Shown piece by piece: positions 48,700-61,400 of a DNA stretch of 64,000 nucleotides; position 1 is the stretch's first letter, and the number at the start of each line of letters is the position of its first letter. Made by a program: the position numbers and the translations under genes. The stretch spans positions 2,232,001 through 2,296,000 of the forward strand of contig OZ176056.1 in NCBI GenBank assembly GCA_964247055.1, read 5' to 3'. The notes under the pieces were generated by a model that ran no database searches, was not told the origin of the DNA, and saw nothing but the letters and a program-made list of their open reading frames with translations. The stretch is from Paragordius varius (Eukaryota > Animalia > Nematomorpha).

Positions 48700-50099
48700 T
48701 TTTAGATATTTCTGGAGAAATCTTTGTGAGATTTTATCCATTGGTTTAAAATAATAGATTCGCAGAAATCCACAAGGGGAAAACAGAACTCAGAACCATT
48801 TGAATAAAATACAATGGTATTAAATTCAACAATGTTTGGGGGAATAAATTCTTTGGAACCGACCATTTTGAGATGCTAGAAAATATGGCTTGCAAATTAA
48901 AAAAATGGATGATACCAGAAACGGTTTTATCTCCAGTTTAAAACTATACCCCTCCCTATTGTAAAATTATTCATAACCTTGTAGTGTATTTTTCTATTCA
49001 AAAGCAATAAATTTGGTATGTGTAAATTAGTGGCCATTTTAAAAATAAGCTATGGCTTATACACGTATAATTCAATATCTATTTTTGAGGATGTAAATAG
49101 CAAAAAATAAAGATTTCTTTGTTTTTAAATTCGGTAAAAAACAATTTATTATATTAAACGCGCAAAAAACAATTTTTAAATCATATATATTTCGATGTCT
49201 TAAAACTTTTAGATAATGAACGAAATCATAAATGCGTTTAAAACACTGAGAAAAAGGTATTCTATTTTTTCTGTTGTTCGTTAAAACAAACAATCACATT
49301 TATGGATATAAGGTCGAGTAAATTAAATAAAATACAACAAAGTTTTATTAGTTAATATGTACCAGAAGGATATTATAACGCAAAATATTATGAATAATAT
49401 ATTACATTTTAGTGGGTCTTATATATTACAAAAAAATAGAAAATCCCACTTAGGCATGAATTTGTAATTAAAAATATGTTAAGCGGTCAAACATCAATTT
49501 TTAATTTAACGATTAGATATATATACCCATGGTGTTTAAATATTGATTCAAGCGTTATATAATTTTTTGAGGATTTGCGCTTGGGTAAAAATAGATTGCG
49601 TTTAAAAGAATAAGCCCTTTTGGAGGGGAAGGAATGAATATATTTGAGATTTCGGCAGCCAACATATAAATTTAATAATTACAAAAATACTGTTTTTAAA
49701 ATGTTTATGATATATTTTGATTATATTTATTTACAATTTGCGTTTAGCTTTCACCAAAAGTTTTATTTTATGCAATAGTTTTGTCACGATACCTTGTAAT
49801 TAAAACACATCAATTAATTTTCCTATCGTAAGCCCCAAAACCAAAAGCATCATAGAATTACGTAAATTTTATTTATTAGAATATGATCAAGGATATGTAA
49901 TACCCGATTATCTGTGCAGTGTTGTTGGTCTATACTTACCTTTTCACGTGCTCATTAGCACCGAAAAATAGTGACCAGAATATATTTTATCTCTATATTT
50001 TATGATCCCCAAATTTTAAATTGGCATTGTTTAATATTTATAACAACTGTTTCCTGCTTTTATATTTCCAAAGAGTTTCTCAAATTTGGGCGTTTTTTT

Positions 50100-50310
50100 A
50101 TGCCAGGGCTCGTCGAAAAATTTCAAAAGCCGCCAAAAACATTTACCTTATCTCAAGGGCCGTGAACCATATAATATCGATAAAAATTTATAGCTATTTG
50201 ACAGATTTAAAAATATTGCTCAAATGAGAGCATGAATTTTTAGCATGCTTCAGATTTTAACAAAATTTGCAGCATGCGGCCCGAGAACCGCGGTTTGAGG
50301 GCAAAGATCT
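50100..50310 (-). mobile_element. Remnant hAT end related to the 32107 family
   Basis: Minus strand CCTCAAACCGCGGTTCTCGGGCCGCATGC resembles ACTCAAACCGCGGCCCGCGGGCCATATGC. Confidence 0.4.
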
Positions 50311-52917
50311 TTGCTGTGGACTAAACTATGTTGGCACTTATGTGGAATTATTGTGGTGCGAAATATTTTTATTAGCCTTGTAAAAATATTAATAATATAA
50401 AACATTTGAGGGTATACAATTTTCACAATATATATTTTCATTGCATCTTAAATAATGTTTTCAACGGCGAAAAATTTTATTATTTTATTTTACACATGAT
50501 TTTGTGCGTTACCGTTATTTTTATATGTACCAAGGTACCAAGTTAGATATATTTTATATTTTGGTTTAGATCAATTATTTTAATTTATTAAACATCCCAA
50601 ACTGGTACTTTTAATCCTTTTTCCATATGGATAATTTGGTGTTTAATGCAATGATTGATATGAGTTTAATGCCCAATTTGCTTTGTTCGCATTGAAATAT
50701 TTTTTCGAATTAAGATAATAACACATCTGTTTTTTGAATAATTTGTATATTTATTCCCTACATCACGAACTATATAAAGGTCAATATATTTTTATACTTT
50801 TTTATCTTTCTATATTTGGTACTTTTCTATCTAAACACACATTGTTTTTTCCATACCATATATCGTGGTATGGGCCAGAAATAAATATTTTTTCAAAACT
50901 CTAATTCCAAATTGTCTATACATTATTTTTTATACATGATTTATCGTTTTTAAATAGGCCACTGTAGGTATTTATATATATGATTTGGAATTTCCGACTT
51001 TTATAATGTTAACACTTTTGCATAGATATGTAAAATCAATATAGGTAACAACACACTTTTAAATATATCTTCATTTATTTCACATAACCGTTTGACCTTT
51101 ATCTGCATTTACTACTCAATACATATAAAAGTAATGACAGAATTCAAAGTTTCATCTTTCATAACTTTTTATCGTAATTTTTTTTAACTTGCTTTAATAC
51201 ACTTTTTTTTCAAATATATATATAAAAATTTATTTTATTTATGAATCATGTAATTTAACATTAAAAAACGCATAATTTAATGATATACCCTAAAGAAACA
51301 TACAAAGCAATTATCAATATTTTCTTTAAATATAAAATATTTTAATTTTTTCAATATTTTGATTTTTTAGGTAATATTTTGCCAATTTTTTTAAAAAATA
51401 ATTTTATTTTTATATTTTTAAATTATCATCATATCAGACGATTATCATTTTTAATTGCCATGAGCAGACGGTTGCTGTTTTATAGTAAATTTCATGATTT
51501 TTTTTATTTGGGAATCAAATCATTCCGCTCCGGAAGTAAATAATTTTTATTTATCTTGGAAAAAACGTGTGTTTTGTTAAATATTTTATAAAACTAAACT
51601 TTTTATTTGTTATTTGAACTAAAGAATGGTGTAAATTTATAAAAATAACCGCAGTGTACTTTTAATCTTGGAAAACTTACACGTTTTTATTGGGCATTAA
51701 TAGTACAAACCTTTTAAATTACTAAATGAGGAGCACTTTAATATCTATCTATTTTAATATATATATGTTATAGCGAATGGGTAATAAAATTTAAATGTTT
51801 TTCTCACATATATCACAAATTTTTGGTATCTATATATAAATATATTTTGTAGATATTTATTTTTGTTCCTTTTAAAAATACCCTAAAAATTATCAAATTT
51901 AAACAAATAAAGTTCAAGTGTGTATGTATGCACCCAAATATTAATTTTTTTTATTACCTTTTAAATTTGGCTCATAAACCCGCCCGTACTCTAAAAGATG
52001 CGTCATTTAGATTTTTTCAATATTTGATGTTCATTCAAATTTTATTATATTTATTGTATGATTCACATTTGACATGAGAGTTTATGAATTTTTTCCAAAC
52101 ATAATATTGTTTTTAAAATTTTTTTTATTAATTAACAGAATACTTATACATATATTCTATAACTAATTAAACAGTTTTTAAACCAATACCTCACGGAATT
52201 ATAAACTTTTAAAACTAAAATTTGATAATACGGGAACTTTTTCAGTTTTTAGTGCGTTAGCCCCAAAAATATTTCTTATCTTTAATACATTGTTGCAAAA
52301 ACGTGATTCAACAAATATCTAGTGCAAAGCGGATTAATATTTCTTTCAAAAAAGTATATATTTTTTAAAAAACAAATTTACACTCAAATCCTAATTATTA
52401 TTTTTTATTAAATGTATATATAATACATTTTTTTTGCAAAATTAATGATTTTATACGAGAAATAACTGTACTTTTTTATTTTCAAAAGGATACAAATATG
52501 TAAATGTAATTAAAATTAATTGTTTACTCATTTTTTTTAAATCTAATATTAATTAAACAAATTCACATTTTTTAATTTATTCCTGAAACTAAAAATCAAC
52601 TCTTAGGATAAGGATTTTCCAAAATTAAGTAACTTTTTTCCAAAAGAATAGAATTATATCATTTATAGAGATATTTTATTTTTTCGATTTAAATTCACAT
52701 GTTCAACTTAAATTTATCCAATTTATATTATTCACCAAAATACTTTTTTTAAATAAAATTTATTATTTTAATATTCAATAATTCAGAATTTTATCAGCAT
52801 ATGTTTACAACCAGTAGCCCTATTAATCATTTATATATCTGTGCATTAATTTGCAAAAACACACATGAAAACAAACAAAAAATTATTTTAAAACTTTTTG
52901 AGTTTTATCTTATTTTC

Positions 52918-53190
52918 CAATTAAATTTTATAGACAATCCGACTCTATTTCGCTGTTCTAAATTAATTTGGGTGAATTTGGATTTTTAAATTTTTAAAAA
53001 TTAATTTTGCAACATTGTTATTTGTTTTATATAAATTATTAATTTAAAACTTTTTATATTTTTAAATTTAAATTTATAGATAATCCGACTCTATTCGCTG
53101 TTCTAACTTAATTTGGCTGAATTTCGATTTTTTAAGTTTTTAAAAATTAATTTCGCAACATTGTTATCGTTTTATATAATTTATTTAATT
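52918..53190. repeat. Tandem duplication of ~150 bp upstream of the ADAM gene
   Basis: TAAATTT(T)ATAGA(C/T)AATCCGACTCTATT(T)CGCTGTTCTAA...GCAACATTGTTAT occurs at ~52921 and ~53069. Confidence 0.85.
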
Positions 53191-53901
53191 TGTCAAATGA
53201 ACTCTTCATACTGATTACGCGGACAAGATAATTATATTTTTTCTTAAAAACTTTCTTTTTTATCTTGATTTTGTCTATTAATGATTCTCTGATCAAAATT
53301 TCGGACAATGTTGCAATATATATTGATTTTTTATTTTAGGTACAACTTTTTTTATATTATAATAAAAAAGTTATAAAAAAAAAATAATTTTCGGAAGAAT
53401 TTTTTTCCATAAAATTTCAAATGATTTTTTGTTATATTCTTTATTTGAATAAAAAGGTATTTTTGCACATAAATATTTACATATATATAATTAATTTTAT
53501 TATCATTTTTATTTTTAATAATAATAATTAATCCCACCTTTTAACCTTATTCTATTTTAAAACACATTCTCTCCGTAATTTTACCTATTAAAGTAATGTA
53601 AAGTAAGTATATTAAATTTATTTTTTTTGTTTGTTTTATCTGTTTTTTTCATAAAATTTGAAGTAGATTAAAAAAATGAAATACAAAAAATATATATTTT
53701 TACCTATATTACTATATTTAATAATAAATATGATACTTTTGTTATTTAAGATTATACAAAATAAAGGATTACATTTTTTTACATTTAAATTTACCATTTT
53801 TAATATATATATATATATTTTATCAATTTTTATAGAGGTGTGTTCATGTATGATTAATTGAAACATTAATATTTGTCACAATCGAAACTGCCTACCTACA
53901 C

Positions 53902-56381
53902 ATGTCAAATCCACACCTTATTTTTATGCTTTTGTGCTTAGCTCAAATTTTTTTGAGTCATTTTTTCGTACATTCTATACGTCCTCTAAACAGTATTAAT
54001 ATCCATAAAAATATTGAAAATGATGATAGAAATGACATGATTTATAATGCAACATTTAATAATTTTAATAATAATATTAATAATGAATTTAATGTGAATG
54101 ACTCAGCACTTTTTGAAAATAATAATAACCAAAAAAACAATCTTGACAAAAATGATTATGAATTCTCAGTAGAGCATTTAACTTTTTGTAATCAATTACA
54201 CATGGCTCATATGAATGGGGATAGCTTTGACCAAACTTTTTCATTCGATAAAATCATTTTTGACAAAATTAAGTTGCGGAAGAAATATATGAATGTTTAC
54301 ATTACGAAATGTCCTTTGGACGATTACATTGGAGTGGTGACAAGAAATGAAACTATCTATCATCAAAATTTGGATAAAATCTACAAGTTTTCGGTAAGAA
54401 AAAGTTTTACTTTTATAGAAGTATTATCATAGTTTTTTATAACAATTAACCGTTTAAAATTCGAATTCTGGGGTTTTATATCATTAGAATTTTATTACAA
54501 TGTGGGGCGTGTTAGACTCTGTTTAATTTTTCAGGGAAAGGCAAAATTTAAATAGCCTACTAGGTGCAAAAATAATTTTAAAATTTAGCCTGCGATATTT
54601 TTAGAGATTTTGTTAATTGATAAAAAATGGCAAAAAATAGTTTATTATGGATAAAAATAATATCTTTGATTACATTTTCACAGAAAATTCCGATATTTAT
54701 GTAGTTTGATTTGGAAACTATTATTTTAAACTTTATTTTACAACTCTAAAAAAATCTGTTTATACAATAAATATAGTAAAATGTTTATTTAACAATTTTA
54801 TAGCTCTGAAACAATCCCCATAAAAAGTCATAATAGTGAATTATTACATAAATTGATATAAAAAATTTAAAAACCGTTTTTTGATATGGTTATTGACAAT
54901 AACATAAATAAAGTCATGATTTTATTTTAAAAAGATAATATACTATTTTTAACAATATTTTGAAAAAGAATGCCTTGATTTTATGGATATCTAAATGATA
55001 TTTATTTAATATTTTTGTTTCATCAAATTTAGAATTATCGATTATATTTTCATCAATATACACCTAAAACGAAAGAACATCCAACAGTCCCTTACGAATT
55101 TATGTTTAGTCTTGTCATTTCTACTACAAAGTATGTTAATTTTATAATTTTTATTAACATTTATTGATAAAAGTTTGAAATTTACTTCTCAACTCAAATA
55201 AAATCTTTTTTTATAATTTTTTTTGAAGGTGGATAATTTTAATTAATATAAGATAACTTAATTATTAAGAATATTTAAATATTTTTTACTTATCATAAGG
55301 GATTATTTAAATTTGCAAGAGTAAAATAATTTGGTTAAAAAAATAATTTTAAATTTATTTTTCACTTTAAATTTTAGTTCATGGCTTTCTCCCAAAGGTA
55401 AATCTTATTCAGAATCATATAATGCCAATGATATTCAGGTAATGACATTTTTTTTCAATATTTTAAACATCAATCATTATTTAAAAAATTTAGATTTATA
55501 AACATCAACCATTTTAAACATGTTATTTTATGGTATAAAAATTAACGTAGTAGTTAGAAAATTTTGGTTAATATCATTATTTAATATCTTTTTATTTTTA
55601 GATTAATTTATGATTTATTATGGGTTTGAAATAAATTTTAAATGGATTAAATAAATCATTTAGTAAAAAATTAAACGTGGAAAAGTTTTATACGAAACAT
55701 ATTTTTATCAAAGATTAATTTGACATATCCATTAAAGCAAAGTAATTATAAATATTGGAAAACTTTAATTGATATCTCCAATTTAATTTTTGTAAAATAT
55801 TAAAGAGCCTATTTTTATTACATTTTGAGATTTTTGGATTTTTAATTTTTTCGCTGCATTAAATATAAATTTCGCGGTTAGTTTTCTTATGTTATGTTGT
55901 TAAATGTAATTTATGATAACAACCTTGAAATCCGCACTCTAGATTATTTCTTATAAATATACGTTTTTTAGTTTTATTTTTTCTTGCACTCATATAAACT
56001 TGACTTGTTAATTTTCTGATTTTTTATTACGATAAAAAATGATAAATTAAATATTTATGGCTATTTTTTTCTTCATTACATGCAATTTATTAATGCGAAT
56101 TAACCTTGAAACTAGGTTGGATTGATGAAATGTAATTAATTTGGATGGCTTTTCCCATTATTGATCAGTTTGACTTATTGATTGAATTTAATTGATGACT
56201 TTATATAATTTTGGACACTTTTACGTTTTTAAAGCTTAATTTTTTTAAGATTAAATAAATTAAATAGTTGTTTTTTGCTGTTAATATAAAAAATAGATTC
56301 ATAACCAAAAAATTAATAATCAAAATTTACAATAAAAAAGATTAGGATATTGTGGCCTAGATACTGGGATTCTATGGATTA

Positions 56382-56429
<48 letters not shown>

Positions 56430-58381
56430 TTTATTGCTTTTCAAAGTATGTTTTGAGATTTAAATTCTCGTTATTTGATTTTAGTTTTAGGTTTTTCTTT
56501 TCGATTGAGGGCGCAAGGATATGTAAATCAAGAATCTCTTTAACAGATGAGTCTATACTAATAGATCTGTCTATATGTGGTCAAAGTAATGAAATGTCTA
56601 TTTGTTCTGATTAAAGCTCACCTATCTAGGGGTAATATCAGGAATAATAATGGTGAGATGCCGAAACTACCATGTCACATAGAAATACTAAACTCGACTG
56701 GGCAAAATTTAACCCAACTAAAATATGTATCAAAACATAAAGACGACATAACTGTAAAAAATTGAATCAAAATGTATTATAAATTGGGTCTTTGATTAGA
56801 TAGAATTTAGATTAAAAATAATAATAGAATACGGAATGTTAAAACATGTGTATGAGGATAAATATTGCCATAAATACGAACTAGAACCTATATAATTGCT
56901 TTCATCAGAACTAATAGACGACTCTATTACTTTGGCCATAAAAAGAGATTGAAATTAAAAGGGAGTTTAAAATACAATTTATTAAAAAAAAAGCAAGTTA
57001 GAATGCGTACTTATGAATAAAATAAGAATGTTAAATCCATAATTATTGATTTAGGAAATACGAAATTAGTAACTTAAAGCAAAAATTTATTCTTTAGGCA
57101 ACGAAACGAAAATATAAGTTCTTATTTGCTTTTCTACGAATAAAATTTTTCTATGAGCTAATTGTTAAAATTTTTTAAGAACTCAATAAAATTTCTCTTA
57201 CAACTGTTTATGTATTACAATGTTTATGATTTAGAAATTTTCACATTGTTTTTATGACGTTGAAAATATGCCTGAAAAGACTCAAGGGGATAAAGCAAAG
57301 ATTTTATTGAATGATTGTACAAGCCCTGGAAATTTTGAGTAAAATTTTTAACCTTTTTATATAAAAAAAGTTACAAATATAAAATTAATGGTCATATTAC
57401 CATTTACATTTAAATTCACTCTCTAACAATTCAAATTCACCCTATAAATAAGGTGTTTTTGAATTAATATAACTTTTTATTAATATGAAATATATTTTTA
57501 TGGATTGGTTAATTATTTTTCGAGTATTATTTTAATTTAAAACAAAATTTTTATTTGCTGAAAATATATAAAAACATAGGTATTTTTAATCTTTAACACA
57601 TATATTTTATTTTAGGGTGAATTTGAATTGTTTTGAATTTGTTTTCATGGGTTGTATAGTTTAAGGGGGAATCGATTTGTAATTGGTACATAACAATTTT
57701 TATATATTGATTAAAAACATGAAAAAAACGATTTTTATGCAAAAAATTATTTTTCTTGGCAAAGGTACATTTTAATTATTTTTTTTAAAACGAAACTTTT
57801 TATAAAGTTTAGTTAATATAATTTATCTTTGTAAGTTTTTTTTAATTAATATAATAATTTGTTTTAATTGCAGTTTTTTATATATTTTATATTATTAAAA
57901 TATAAAAATGATAATTATTTATTCTTTATACAGGGCGTATTTTTTAGGATCTTTGGTTGAACATACCTATTATATAGAACCTGATATCAGCACTTACAAT
58001 AATAAAACTAATAATATTGAGAATATAGCAAATTATTTTATGATACCCCATAAACTATGGTTATATTCTGCTCGAATCGATGAAAATAACCCTGAATTTC
58101 AAAATCAACTGCCAAAAAATTGTTGTAAGATTAAATTTAATTAACTTATACTTTAATTGCAAAAAATAGTTGGTTGATTTTTTTGAAATATAACATTTAT
58201 TAAGAGTCCCTGAACACTTCAAAAGTTGGTCGTTAATCCTACATTTTAGTTGGTCCTTAATCGTGTATTATTCATCTATTTTATCATTTTTAACTTATTT
58301 TTTATATTTAAGATGAAATTTTTTTTTACTATCAACCTTTAATCATTCCGAAACCACATATCTTTATTATTTTCTTAAAAA

Positions 58382-58414
<33 letters not shown>

Positions 58415-61400
58415 GATTTCAACATGTAATTAAAAAATTTATAAGTTTTTGTTTGATTATTTCCAATATTTAATTAAAAACATTTAATTTAATAGTTTTG
58501 TAAATATCAAAATTTAGTCTAAAGCAAAAAAAAGTGGTTTTTGAATAAAATTTTTCATTTTTTAATGAATAATATAATAAATAAAGAAAATTGGGTTAAA
58601 AAATAATAAAATAAAAAGACATGCAAAAATTATGGTTAAATCAAAATTTAAAAGTTTTAAGGACCAATTCGAAGTGTTCAAGGACACTTCTGAAGTGCAA
58701 TGGTATAGTTAATTTAATTTTATACATATTTTTTTAAAAGTTTTAACTGTTTTTTCCCGCAATACTTAAATTTTTAAAACTTTTTGACCATTTTGTTAAT
58801 TTACATCTTAATCAAATTTAAGACCCCAACATATGCTGTAAAAAAATATGCAGGAATAGTTAAAATCATAACTTTTTCCAAAGTAATATGAAAATTCTAA
58901 TTAATTAAATATATATTTTTTATTAAATAAAATGTAATTAATTCTTTTATCTTTACATTAAAAATTTAAATTTTTATATATATTTTAGCATACATCGATT
59001 CTATAACTCCCATATTACTTAATAAAAATGCTTCGAATACGCGTAAAAGACCGAAACGAGAACTAATATTGCCTGAATATCAAGGGCACTCACCTCTAGT
59101 CATTGAACTATACATTGTTAATGATAATTCACAAGTTAATTTTTTTATGGCTTTTGAAGATTTTTATAAAATATTTTTGATATTATTGAAAACTAAATTT
59201 TCAGATTTAGGACCAAAATCAAAGTATTTAGTGTTACAAAAATTCAGTTTTAAATAAATATCTCTTTTATATTTTTTTCCTTTTTTAAAAAAAGAAAAAA
59301 TATAATTTTTTAATTAAAATTATTTGAATCGAAACCGTTTACTTTTTTGAATACTAAATAAAATACCAAAATGTTTTCCTTTTTTAAGTACAAAGTTAAT
59401 TTTTTATATTGTGTTTTTTATTTATAATATAAAAGTTTTTTCTAGTTTGAGGAAATCTTTGTGCTATTTTATAAAAGATGCGCATAATATACAACAAGAA
59501 AATAGGCTATTTTGAATTAAATTATGTAACCAAAATCAGAAATCAAAATTATAAAAAATGAATTGGAACCATTTTCACATAATCAATCGTTTTGAATATT
59601 ATAAAAGTAATTTTTGAATATATATATATTATATGCAATATAATATTTTAGTATAAAAAATGGGGTAAAGACAAGAATAAAGTTATACTTCGAACATTAC
59701 AAATATCTCACATCCTGAATGCAGTATGAATAAATTTTATATTTTGTTTTTTGTTGTTTAAATAATTTTTTCTAATAATTTATGGGTTCGAAATCAATTA
59801 AACTCTTTTTATATGATTGATTTTTTCGATAATATTTTAAACAACAACTAAATATGTTTGTTAGGGTGTAAATTTATGATTTTATATATCTATATATATT
59901 TAATTGCATTTAAAAACTTTTTATAGATTTTAATAGGTTTATATAATATATTCATAAATTTATAAATTTTTTTTTATATAAACTCTTTTTTGCATCGCCA
60001 TATTTGATAGATAGATAGCTGTTGTAAAGGGATAAATTTTTTATAGAAATTTAAACAAAATATTTTATAGTTTTTGGGGTTAATCTTTAATTAAAAAGAG
60101 AAAGAGTTTTTAAAAATCCAAAAACAAATTTTTTTCCAATTTAAAAATTATATTAAAAAAATTACTTTTCTTTTTTAAGAATTTTAAAGTAAAAAATTAA
60201 TGGCGGCTAATTTATTTTTTTCTTTTACTATAAAGAAGTATATATAAAATTTATAGCAAAATATTATGAAAAACAACATTTTTAAAATGATTATCAAAAT
60301 AAATTTATTTCCTTTTTTTTCTCACAGATTTTCAAACAATTAAACATTTTGGTAGCCTTAGTTGGTCTCGAAGTTTGGACCGAACGCGATAAAGTTACCC
60401 TGTCTCAAGATGGCGATTTAACCCTAAAAAGTTTCAATAAATATCGTCAAAGCTCTATTTTGCCTCGAATATCACATGACAATGCACAATTATTAACGTA
60501 TATTATATGTTTTTGATTATTTTTTGCAATTTTTTAAAATAATATAATTTATATTTTAAATAAGAAATATGGTAAACTTAACTAATTTTCCTGCCATATT
60601 ATATTAATTATTAAAGTTGAAAAATGTTCATAAATTTATGTCCGTAATATATATATATATATATACGCTACATAATTAGAATCAAAAATATTGATGTAGA
60701 CATTGTTTCATTACTTAATAAAAGTGGTAATATATGTAACTTCTAAAGATATTCTATCCAATAATAGTTTTGTACATTTTTGTTTAATGTGATCTGTTTA
60801 AACCAAGAGTACTTACAAATTTTACCAAATCAAAGTAAAATGATTTTCTATCTCCGAATTTTGGCATAGAACACAAGCAAAAAATTGTTAAAATAATAAT
60901 AGTAATTTTTACAACAGTGTTACAAGTTTGAAATCTAATAAAATATTTGTTGATTCCGCGATATATTCTGCGAATCGGGCCTGTCGCATTTTTTAAGATT
61001 CAAAAATACAGCTTGTAAAACCATTTGGTTTTTTAATTATACAAAAATTTTTTCTAATTTTTATTAAATATTATGTTTCCAAAAATAGGGCACATCACTT
61101 TAATGGAGGCGTGATTGGGAAAGCTATTAAACGACAAATTTGCGCATATAGTGATTCCACTGGCGTTGCTATGGTAACGGATCATTTGAATAATTTTTTA
61201 AAATTTCATATTTTTGGGATTATTTTTAATCATATGGTAAATTATATGGGATAATAATTGTTTTAGTCTAAAGCTTGCATTTTATATGGGTAAATATTAC
61301 ATAAAAATAAATACGAATTTAGGGTTTTAAAAATTAAAATTTTAAAAAATTTTATTATCTAAAAATTTATAAAATTTAGTTAGCCATTTTTTTACCGATA

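Noticed and set aside
49932-49941. ATACTTACCT, identical to the U1 snRNA 5' end
   Set aside because: Only 10 nt match, with no U1 stem-loops or Sm site. Read as a minus-strand donor, it gave stops in all frames of the flanking sequence.
51530-51538. CCGGAAGT ETS-like motif in the FERM-ADAM spacer
   Set aside because: A single 8-mer 2.4 kb from the ADAM start, with no supporting evidence of function.
692-53866. Most short ORFs in the supplied track (e.g. 692-874, 2292-2588, 22010-22405, 28097-28312, 41420-41758, 47540-47881, 53636-53866)
   Set aside because: They are I/K/F/N-rich shadow frames of repeats, introns or the antisense of real exons; several begin at TTG/GTG.
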